Source: Podarcis tiliguerta
Taxonomy: Eukaryota
NCBI GenBank assembly: GCA_965153285.1
Contig: OZ229117.1
Length of the DNA: 64,000 nt
Strand: one strand, 5' to 3'
The notes beneath the pieces were generated by a model that did no database searches, was not told the DNA's origin, and was given only the letters and a program-made list of their open reading frames with translations. The position numbers and the translations under genes are program-made. Positions 11,201 to 22,900 of the stretch are shown piece by piece (the first letter of the stretch is position 1; each line of letters opens with the position of its first letter).

Positions 11201-14200
11201 ACAGAAATTGTGTTCTCGCAACGCGGCGACAGCAGGAGGCACCTTTAGCTAAAGTGGTGCTTCAGGTTAAGGACAGTTTCAGGTTAAGAACGGACCTCCG
11301 GAACGAATTAAGTACTTAACCCGAGGTACCACTGTAAGTCTATCAAAAATGCTCTGCAGTCCATTTCCACAACCCCACTAGAAAGCATGGGCAAAGCCCC
11401 AAGCTCAGAAGAGAGTCCTCCTCCCTCCGGTAGCTGACACTGAGGAACTCCAGCCTACCTTCGAGCTCAGCACCTCCTTCGTCTTGGACTCGAAGAGATG
11501 TTCCATCTTGGCGGTGTCGACCTCCACCTTCTCCAGAGACGCCCACAGAGTGGCTGGCCCAAAGGGGTCTCCTCTTCCTTCCCGCCTGGCAGAGCTGTCC
11601 ACGTTCTTTAGCTCCCTCCAGAAGAGCTTAATAGTTTTCTTCTTCTTTGCTGGGGAGTGGGCATCCTCCCTGGAGGAGCCCAGCAAGCCTGGAGGAGGAC
11701 AGCCTGGTGGGGGTGGAGGAGGCGGGGGAAAGGCACAGCCTGGTGGGGGTGGAGGAGGGGGAGGGGGAGGGGGAAAGGCACAGCCTGGTGGGGGTGGAGG
11801 GCAGCTGGGAGGGAGGGGTGGAGGGGCCGGAGCCCCACTGGCAGCCACAACCACATGGTCAGGCACAGTCTCTGTTTCTAGGATATCAAAGTCTTCCTCC
11901 TCACCCAGGTCAGAGAAGTCCAAATCTCTGATCTTCAGGTGCTTGGGGCTGAGCTCCAGGGGCCCTCGCATCACCTCCGCTCCCTTCCTGTAGGGAGTCA
12001 TGAAAGTCCTCTCCAGGCTCTGCAGGCTGGCTTCCGCCTCAAGGCTGAACTGAGCCCGCAATGGCCGGGCCCGCAGGTTGGAGGGGCTGCCCTGTTTCCC
12101 ATTGCCCTGTGGGCTGCCTTCTTCACTCCCAGCGTCTGCCTGGAACTCATCTGCTGGGGCAAGAATCACACCTTCCAGCCTTGCAGGGCTGTTATTGGAG
12201 AACAGTGTGTCAAGGTTGAGCTTCTTCCCAGGCGCAGGGTGGCTGCGGGGATCTTCTCCATCGCACAGCGGAACTGGGCTTTCTGGACTTGGGGTGCAAT
12301 TGGGACCCAGCCCAGGGCTGCTGCTGGAGGGCCCCTCGCCTGGCAGGCTTTCCCTGGCCTCTTCGCCTTCAAAGCCAGCCAAGGTCAACGCAGAGCTGAG
12401 CTCTGTTCCATCGCCGTTTCTCTCCTGTCCTTCACGCCACCTCCCTAAGGGCACAGAGGAAGAGTTAAGGTTTAACCAGGAAAGGAGGCAAGCTAGGCAG
12501 TTGACAAGCAGCACAGAAAAGGAGAAGCCTCAGCAAAAAGCCTTTGGCCAAACCAGGGATTGTCGCAAACTCTGCCGGCTCTTCTGCTGCATTACCTGGG
12601 GAGAGCTGCTCAGCGCTTGGAGTAGCTTCAGCAAGGACCTCGGCTCGCCCCTTGGAGATTGCAACCAACTTCTCTTTCTGGGAGGCAGCAAGATTTTCCA
12701 GGAAGCGTGCTCTATGAGAGAAGCAAAATGCCACATCATTCAGCACCGGGGACGCAATGCTCCATCACCACACAGCAAGCAGGATGAGGCTCATCCCACC
12801 CAACAGCTGTCCCCCCAGAGACTGGTAGAGCCAGTCTATCAGACGCTGCAACACACTGGAGGTCCACCACTTGGCACAAATGCTGGCACCCATCAGTGGT
12901 GGTTCCTCTGAGGCCCAAAGCTCTCTCGGCGCCTGTTTAAAGAGGTACAGGCTGAGATCCACAATAGCAGCAGCAAAGGCAACTGCACAGACCCTGCTCC
13001 AGCCTTCTCTCCCCAAGCTCCTGCAGTTTTCCTCAACACAGGACTGCTCCAGGACAGCCACACTCTAACTGGTCCAAGGCCCCATCTCATACAGAACCCA
13101 GCAGCCTATGGGGTGGGGAAGGGATGTCAATGTAAACAAGAAAGCATGGCACCTCAGCCAGCCCCGAGTCCTGCTCCCTGCCCTCTCCTGTCATCTCTTG
13201 TGGGCACCAGAAGGCTAGCATGGACCAGGACAGTGTAGCAGGTGGAAGAGAGAGTGGGTGGGTGGCACACAGCAGCCCAAGCTCCACTCAGCCCTGTAAT
13301 TCACTGGGGGTCCCTTGGCAAGTTGCTGCTGCTTCTCAGCTTCACCTCCTCTGCTAGGTAACCTGGGTTGGCTACTGGGTGGTCTTGCCATCAATGCTGC
13401 CCTGTACGAGGAAACATGGCAGCTGGGATGGTGGGTCTAGAAGAGGCCCCAATGCAGCTTGCTGGATGAGCTGCCTCCAGAGGGCCAGGAAGGGCCTTCT
13501 ATCAGTGGCAGGGGGCCAAGGCTGCCCAAGAGTATTGGCTTCCATCCACCAGGCACTTTTGAGGCCACTGCAGAGATTCAGGAGGATTCTTTGCCTGAGG
13601 AACTCAACAGGGATCAACAAATTCCTGGGCCTGAAACCAAAGCGAGACCTCCAGCACCAGCCTAAGCCTGATGAAACACACATGTTCTCTGTACTTACTC
13701 AAAGCGCCTCAGAATAGGCTTGTCCCCACATACTGAGGGGCTTTCCTCTTGCCTGGGAGAAAAAGTCAGTTAGTGCCACTGGGCACAGGAACCACACTCT
13801 GCATGCCCACAAGCTCTGCCAAGGCTACACCAGCTCCAAAGCAGAGAGGTCCATGCAATCTGGAGGTGAACCCACTCCTCCTGTCCAGCTGAAATCCCAC
13901 CTCACTTCCCTGCAGCCACTCATTTTGGTGCTCCAAGTCCGGACCAAAGGGCTGCTCACGCATGCACCAAGGTCACGAAGGCCTCAGAAGTCTACTCCTG
14001 GAGCCCCAAGCAGATGCCAGCCACACAACCACAAGTGGAAACACTGCAGCTGTTCAGAAGCACAACACGGGGCTGTTGCCACACTCTTGACTCTGTAAAC
14101 TGGTCCAGGATTGTGTCCCCTCTTTGCTGGTGCCTCAGCTCAGCTGAGGCCCTTCACCCCAACATACTCCCCTCCTCTGTTGTGTCAAAGGCAATCCAGC

Positions 14201-17200
14201 AGGAACCAGACCCAGAAGTCGCTGGAGAAGCACAAAGGAAGAGGAGCCCAAACCACATGCCAGAAGCCCCAAGCCTGAAAACAGATCCCTCCTTCAATAA
14301 TTCAAAGCTATGAACAGCAGAGGAAAGGAAACCACAGGGCCAAGAGCACCACACGCAAACACACACACAAGATACATCTGTGGCATCACTTACCAAGCAG
14401 GGGCAGTTTCGTGAAGTCTGGAAAAGGAAAGGGAGTTTAAGCAGGAGAGAATGCGAGAGAAGTAGGTGGCAGAAGAAGAAAAAGATGAAGAGCGGTGGTG
14501 GGCTGGGCCAGGAGCAGAAGGAGGTGAGGGCGCAATAAGAGGAGAGAAGAAGTGAGAAAAGGGACTCTCCAGGACAGCTTGCTTCAATGTCCAACTTGTG
14601 CAACAAGGATGACTGCCGCTCCCAGCCCAGCAGGCCCTTACCCCCACCCACAGAAAAACCTGCCACCCTCCAATCCACCTGTGCTCTGAACTCTCCTGCC
14701 TTCCTTCGGCACTGGGAATAGCTTGCAGAGGAAGGGGTTCAGCACCATTTATGGGGGGGGGGGTAATCCCCCCTGCACCCCCCATCTACAGCAGGGCCCT
14801 CCATTATGTGGGGAGGGTTACAGAAGCCCATCTCAAGAAAGGAGGGGGGCAAGTATTTGATTACAGACTCCATTCACTTTGGGTGAATTGCATCAGAGCC
14901 ACCAGATTCTTTCAACCACCACCACAGGCCCATTCCTCTTCTGAGGCTCCTGCTGCATTTCTCACTGCCACGCTGCACCCCACCCTACCCTGCAGGACAG
15001 GAAAAGGCCCCCTTGAAGGGGAGCTGCCTTAGTGGACAGCAGGGGCTGCCACCTCCTCCCCATCCATCATTGCTAACCGGACACCTCCTTGCCGCAGCTG
15101 CCTCCTCAGAACTGCTGGCCAGGGAAGAAGAGAATGGGGAAAGTCAAGCCCATCTCCCCTGGACTTCTGGAGGGCTCCTGAATCTCCCCAGTACAGTCAA
15201 TATCTTCCCCCACATCTCCTCACCTGCCCCCCAGCCCTATATACTAAGCTCAGTGCTTCTGGCAGCTCTGAGCAGGGAGAGATCTTGTGCCCCCTTTGGC
15301 CAGAGAGACCTACTTGAAAATGCTCCTCTCGCCCAGGCTGCCACTCTGCTCTTCTTCCACAGGAACGGATGGGGTGGAAAGCTGGACGCTGGATGCGCTG
15401 CTGTACATGCTCTTGAAGGCAGGCCTGGAAAAGGGAGAGGGGGAAGAGCAGGAGGAGGGCAGTGAGCACACAAGGCTCCAATGGGGGCCCATCAAGACTT
15501 TCTAGTCGTTCTGAGGCAGCTCCCTGGAACAGGGCCTCCTGGGCCGAGTGAGGGGTTTTGAGGTGAGATCACCACAGGCAGGAAAGGTGACCCACCCGCT
15601 CTTCTTCCAGCCTCCCTTTGCCTCCTGCCGACTCCCGCCAACTGCCCCACTCTTTGGGCTGGGCCTTTTCAACCTTCTTGGCTCAGCTTCTTTCCCACCA
15701 GTTCCGAGCAGAGCAAAAGCCACAAGCAGAAACTGCCTTGGCCTAAAACTCACCTGTCTTGGCTGCTCTCTCTGTCCAGGCTGGGAGCCTCTGCAGGACT
15801 GGGCTGGAAGTTCTCTGCAGGTCGAGCCCCTTGGCCTTCCTCCTGGGCCAGGATGTAGCCCAGGGAGCGTCGCTGCCCCTTCCGGCCCTCTTCCCCTTTC
15901 CTCCGCTCCTTGCGTGTTCCAGGGGGAGGCTCTTCCACACCATCTTCGTACTTGAGGGCATTCTGCAAGGAAGACAGCAGCTCAGGGTGGGGCCTGGTAG
16001 GGCAGGCTGCTAGGTGCTGAGTGTGTAGTGGGGAAGCTGCCTGCTTTTTCTAGTGGCCTCCTCTTTATACCCAGCTCCCTCCCGCCAAGGGGGAAGATGC
16101 ATCACCTCGTAGATAGCCAGCTGCTGCTTCAAGTCCAGGTCAGTAGCCTTGTTGGTCATGTGCTGCTGGATGATGCTTTCCATGCCCTGCTGCTCCAAGC
16201 AGTCTGTCACATCATAGAAGGAATCCTGGTCAGGGAGGGCAGCCAGAGTCTGCACAACACCAACACAGGGCACCACAGTCAGGGCAGGAAAGGTGCTCAG
16301 CCTGGCTCAGCCCAGCTCAGCAGAACAGCCTGGCACCTGCTGCTTCCCTCCCCACCTGGGCAATATTCACCTTGTTGATGAGTGTCATGGCGAACACCTG
16401 AAGCTCTGTGTCAGCTCCATTCTTCTGTTCCAGGATTGCCACGATGGGAGACCACGGAAAACCACCTGCAAGGCAATGAGTAAGGCATGTGGTTGACCAC
16501 ACAAGCCAAGGAAAAGAGCTTCCTTTCGCCTCATCACTGACCTTGCCCAGCAAGGGGCTGCCTGCTGTGATTCAGTGACTGCTCTTCCCAATATGGAGGC
16601 TAATGGGATCAGGCCCATCTCTCTCTCTCTTCCCTGGGCAGCCATGTGGCACACTCACCTCTGACCTGCTCTGCTGCTAAGATGGCCTGGACAAGCAGCT
16701 GGGCATTGGATTCCGTGAACTCCACAAAGACCAGCAGCAGCTTCAGAGCCGTCTTCACCACCAGGCGGTACTAGCAGAGGGACAGCAGAAGTTGCTTAAT
16801 AGTGGGCCAGGCTACTGGGGTCTACTCATAAGAAAAGCCTTCAGAATCAGGCTAGTGGCCCATCTAGTTAGCATCCTGTTCAATCAAACTCAGCCTGGCC
16901 CTCCCTGCGCTGACTGTTAGCCAGAGCTCTCCAGGGTTTCAGGTTGGAGACTTTCCCGTCTTGCCTTGAGATGCCACTGGGGATTGGTTCCTCTGCCACT
17001 GAGACCATGACCTTCTCCTGTGGAGGGAGGTGAGAAAAGCTGGATGGACGGAGCTGGAAACAGGGCCTCAGTCAGGAGGACATCACACAACCCTCCCTTT
17101 TCAAAGCCCATCCCACCTCCCTGTCTTGTAACACTGGAATTTGTGCACATCCAACAAAGCTGAATGCTGGAAGATTCAGGACAGATAAAATAAAGTACTT

Positions 17201-19868
17201 ATTCATGCAGGGCACAATTAAACTACAGGGGTACCTTGGGTTACAGACGCTTCAGGTTACAGACTCCATTAACCCAGAAATAGTACCTCGGGTTAAGAAC
17301 TTTGCTTCAGGATGAGAACAGAAATTGTGCTCCGGTGGTGCGGCAGCAGCAGGAGGCCCCATTAGCTAAAGTGGTGCTTCAGGTCAAGAACAGTTTCAGG
17401 TTAAGAACGGACCTCTGGAACGAATTAAGTTCTTAACCAGAGGTACCACTGTACCGAACTCCCTCCCACGGGAGGCTGTGATAGCTACCAGCTTGGATGG
17501 CTTTAAAGGAGGAATAGACAAATTTGTGGCCACAATTGCTACGTTCTTCCTCCACTGTCTCTGAATACCAGTTGCTGCTTGTGCACTTCCCATCGGGGCA
17601 TCTGGTTGGCCACGGTAAGAACAGGATGCTGGACTAGGTGGGCCACTGACCTGATCCAGCTTCAGCTTCAGGGCTCTTCTGATGCTCACAAGGGGATCTT
17701 TCCCTCTGTGGCAGCCACATACTCACCAAGCTCCCGCACAGCGTGTAGAGCCACTGCACCGTCTCGTTGTGGTTTATCACCCCCATCATCCCATCCACAA
17801 AGAGCACAATCTGGCTGAGAGCTGGAAGGAAGGAGTGAAGAGCACTGTGAGGATGCCAGCTGGCCATGCGAAACTGATGTGCCTGGCTCACTTGCTTGCA
17901 GTGGAGCTTCCTCACGATGCCTGCCACTCAGCAGCAAGCCTCTTCTGCTCCCTCCTCTGGTCCCTCCATCTCAGTCTGACTCTTTGGCTTTCAGGGTGTT
18001 GTCTCTCTCCCCCCCACCACCATGCAGGCATCAAATTGGGGAGTGGGACACTAGGTGGTGTGTGAGGAGAGGGCCTTCCCGCTGGCTGCTCCCAGACTTT
18101 GAAGCTCCCTTCCTACAAAACCTAGACTGACTCCCTGCTTGTTGTCCTTCTGCCGGCAGGTGAAGACTATTTTATTCCAACACTGGGAACTGACTGCTCT
18201 TTTAAGGAAGGGGTTTTTAATAATGCTGTGCTGTTTTTTACTATCTGTATTTTAATACATTTGTTTTTGTTTTTGTTCTGTAGAATTTTAATTACTTTTT
18301 AACTATTCTCTTTTTATGTTTTTAGTTTCTTGTATGTTATGTGTGCCATTATAATTTGTGTAAGCTGCCTTGAGTCCCAGTTTAGAAAAAAAGGTGGGAT
18401 ATAAATAAATGCAATAATATTATTACTAATACTACTAGGAGTTGCTACACAGCAGATGGCAGTGCCCAGAGGAGGCAGGTGGGTAGGGCAGGCTAGCTGT
18501 CAGGAGTATGGATTGATTTGCACATCTGACAGGAATGACTTGGCACAAAAGGCTGCTGAGGCCAGGGCAGGCTGTTTCCACCCTGAGGTGCAAGCTGCAA
18601 AGTAAGGCTGCTTCCAAAAGAATCCTCTTTGTCAACAGGACCCACAGAGGCTGCCATGTCTACAAAAGGTTCCTTCCAGTCACAAGCCCCTGAGACTAAG
18701 GGCCAAATGAAGCTTTTAAAACCAGCCATGTGGGGGGAGTCTGAGACCTTCCCCCAGCTGCTGCTTGCCCCATTTGGGAAAATAGACACACAGTCACACC
18801 TTCCCTACAGCAGGGCAAACAGTACTTGTCCATGAGTGACATCAGAGGAAATCGCATCAGAAGGGGGGTGGGGAGCAGACAGAAAAGGTCTCAGCTCCTT
18901 CCCTCCACTGGTGCCATGGTCCTAGGAGAAAAGAGATGATCATAGAGACCAACATCTCCTTTAATTGGGGCCCAAAGCTCTGTCATTAAGAAAAAGTGGC
19001 CTCTCAACTTTTAACCTTAATACTTTAACTCTAAACAAGGAATAAGGTATGTATTATGTATTATGATGTGAAATTTGTAAAATCTGTAAAACCAATAAAG
19101 ATCATTTTAAAAAAAGAAAAAGAAAGAGTGGCCTCTCCAAGACAGCTCATGAATTGCAGCTGAAATTTTACACGTTGAATTTTGCCTGCTTGCACATCCT
19201 CAGCTGAGTAGCCGGTGAGATGGAGCTATCACCACATCTGGAAGGCTCAGAAATGGGTCAAAACCATTAAAAAAACCTAACCACAAAAAACTTCCTAGTA
19301 CAGCCAAATCTCCTCACCTAGCCACTATCCCTCAGCAGCAGTCTAAACCTGGCCACTGAAATTTTGCTCAGGCAGGAAAATATAGGAATGCTTAAAAGCA
19401 AACAGGAGAAATAAGTCCTGCAAAGCCTGCCTACGCCAGCTTTGGGTCTGCTCCCCATACTGGATTAAGCATCAGGGAGGCAGAGAGACAGATAGATACA
19501 AGAGTCACACACAGTCCTCACTGCCAGCATCCCTCAGATCAACATCGTACATGGGCAAATGCAGACCGCAAAAAGGGGAAGCCACGGCATCTGTCTGTTT
19601 ATTAAATGTATACTCCACCCTTCCTCCCCAAGAAGCCCCAGGTGGCAAACAGCAAGGGATAAAATAAAATAAAATAACATATTTAAAACAATTTCAGTAC
19701 AGATGAAAACTGGGAAAGAGCTCCACTTAAAAGACTCCTCCCAGAAATCTCTAGGGTGCTCTATCCTTTTTCTGGATGTTCAGTTGGGAATTGGAGGTGT
19801 CAGTTTAATTTCATCAACTTTGACTCTTTGGTGGGAGGTCCCAAATGTTATCCACTCTAGGGGCTCAG

Positions 19869-19908
<40 letters not shown>

Positions 19909-22900
19909 CTTCCTGCTGGCCTGGTGGTCACTTACCCCTGAGGATATAGTTCTGGTAATTCTGGTCAGCCTCAGCTCCCACTGTGATGAGACACGTCAGC
20001 CCTTCTGAATTCACAAACTCAGGCACCAGGTCCTTATCCTCCTGCAGCAGAAATCCAGAGAGAGGAATGTTTGCAATCCGCAGAAAAAGGTTGTACTGTG
20101 CATGCTCACCCCTCCACTTGCAGCCCACAATCTGTCTGGGAGAATCTCCTGCTGGGGGAGGGGACATGGGGGGAGGCTGTTTGCTTATTGCCTTCTCATA
20201 TAGGGAACAGGTCTGTGCACACTCCAGTCTCACAAGAGGAGAGCAGAAGCTGCAAGAGCAAAGAGGAGGGGAAATGAAGAGGAGGGGAAATGAAGAGTCA
20301 ACAGCAGAGCCTGGTGGTGTCCACACAGAGCGCTGGGCTGGCTGGCTCAATCTGCTGGGGGCAGAACAGGGCGGGCCTGGCAGGAGCCTTACCTGGAAAA
20401 GCTGCTTCAGTGAGAAGAGGGAGCGCCTCAGTTCAGGGCCCTTCGACCTGTAGAGCCTCTCTGGAGGAAAAACAAAATATTTCTGTCTGTAAGGAACAGG
20501 CACCCCTGGGTCCATCTCAGAGCTCCAAAAGAATCAGCAGCAGGAGGAGACCCCTCCTCACCAGCTGCTTTCAGGATGCCTGGAAGTGCTAACTTGAAAG
20601 AATGCAAAAACAACCTAATGATGTGGCACAGCAGTGACTAAGACTTGGGCAACCAGGGTTCAAGGCCCTGGGTGACCTGGGGCCAGTCACTTGCCATTAT
20701 TTGAAGAAGCAAAACCAAGCAAGGCAGAATAAGCACAGTAGCTGCTGCTGACCAGAAACAACTGTCCCACCCAAAGAAGAGAACCCCACAAGAACCTGCT
20801 TCCCTTTTAATTTTACAAGTTCAGTCTTTTCCACCCAAAAGCATTTCTCTACTTGAGCACTTTGATGCAATTTATGGCAAGGAAAGGGGCAACTCCTCCG
20901 CCCCCCCATGCCTAAAAACGTCCTCCACTGTGATATAGCACTAAAGGGCTGAGGTTTGGGACTGGCTGCCATCCCTGAACCTGAGCACTTTATATAGCTA
21001 GAGGGAGTTTCTAAAAGAACTTTTAAATCTCATAGCATGCACTTTCTTATCTAGAAAGGGTGGATGAATCCTCTCCTACTTTCATACCGGTAACATCACA
21101 GACAAACCAGTGTAAGGAGCCCTACATCAGGCTGCCTTTGAAGACTTTCAGAAATTGCAACTGGTGCAGCTGCCAGGATATAGGCTACTCTCTCCTTCAT
21201 TAGCACCACTGCCACGTGGCTCTCTCACACACATTTGCTGCCCAAGAGGGCTCCCATGAATCAGCCCAGCAACAGAAGCATCACTTCAGATGCTGAGAGA
21301 ACAGACTGTCAATGCTCCCTCTGAGCCAGAACCTCCCTGGATGTTTGGAAGTAGCCTGCAATTTATCCCTCTATTTAAGGCCCCCTTTCTGGGCAAGCCC
21401 ATCTTGGGCCAGGAGTGTCCAGCCATTCAGTCCCTCCTGGCCATCTGAAGTGGCCTGGCCCAGCCCCAGAGGGAGGCCCTAAGGGGTGCCTCATCACCCC
21501 CAGAAACCCCTGAGAACCGTGGGGCTTCCAGGGCTGCTTCTGGCAGATCTGCTTTCTCTTGTTCTTCCTGCAGCCCCCACCTCAACTCATGGGCACTGCA
21601 CAGGCTTGCAACTCAAGTCAGACCAGACACAGAAGGCAGAGTGGAAAGGGCGAGCAGGAAAGGGCAAAGGGATGTGATTCAGTTGTGTGGGGAGCACAAC
21701 TGTGGAGAATATTGTGAACCACCCTGAGATTTTTTGATGAAAGGCGGTATATACATCTAATAAATAATAATAAAACAAATAATAATAACAAGGCATAAAG
21801 GGCACCACGCAATGCCTATGGATTGGTACAGAACACATCATCTGCCTTATATGGAGTCATTAGACCACTTGGTCCCTCTAGCTCAAAAAGTATACATACA
21901 CTGAGAGCCAGCCATGGCTCTTAAGGGTTTCACACAGAGGACATTCCTAACCTCACCTAGAAATGCTGCTTGTGGGGATTGAACCTGGGACCTTCTGCAT
22001 GCCTAACGGCTGCTCTTCTACCCCTCCCCAGAAAGCAACCACCCCTGTGGGGCTTCCGTCTTCTGAAGCCAATACTGGCTCAGGTTTGGAGCAGAGAGAA
22101 TCAGCTCCTCGGGCCAGCCCTCCCTCTCATCGGCCTTCCTGTGGCTGAGGATCTCTTCCCCGGCAGCAGTGGTGCCACTGTCAACAGGCAGGAATTGCTG
22201 ATGCTCTTCTACCACAAAGCTATGGCCCTTTCCCCACGCAAAGTGGCACTGCCAAAGGTTGCTCCTTCGGCTCTGCCTGCCCCCGCTTCTTCCCAATGCC
22301 CCCATTCCGAAACAGAAGAGTAGCTGCGGCCATTCTCCTCAGGCCACCTCTGTGGGCCAAGCGCCAGAGAGCAGCTGTAGCCCAAGTAAGGCCAGCTGGC
22401 GCAGAGCTTGCAGTCTTCCTGTTTTCTGCAATACTATATAAATATCTCTTACAGCTTCCTATGCACAGACGGAGACCTCTGACAAAAGAGAGAGGGAGGG
22501 AGGCCAGGCTGCTCTTTCTTCTCCTCTCTCAGCCCAGAGCCAGAGCACGGGACCTGCACACTATAAACAAGCAAGCGGAGGGGGCTCCTCTTCCTCCCTG
22601 GAACAGACCAAAGCTCCATCGAGACATGGATGTGCCATTTGCAACTCCTTCCTCAGGCACCAAGATGTCAAGGTAGCCAGTGTCACTGACTAGTCAAAAT
22701 GAAATTGCAGGTAATGCCTCTCTCCCTTGAGGCATTCTCTCTCAAAGAGAATGGTATAGCAGAGAGGTCACCGGCCCTGCTCTGCTGTGACTGCTGAACA
22801 GGTGGTAGGGATGTCCTGACCCCCTGCAGGTGGAATGGTAAGGCAGGTGAAGGTGCCCACCTGCACCCCCATTTTGCTGCCCACTCCATCAAGTTGCAGC

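Noticed and set aside
11484-12911. Long plus-strand ORFs (Gly-rich 169 aa, 277 aa)
   Set aside because: Antisense shadows of GC-rich FHOD1 exons 14-15
12893-13683. Acceptor-like sites at about 12932 and 13630 as additional cassette exons
   Set aside because: In the required phase they run into stop codons without a suitable donor
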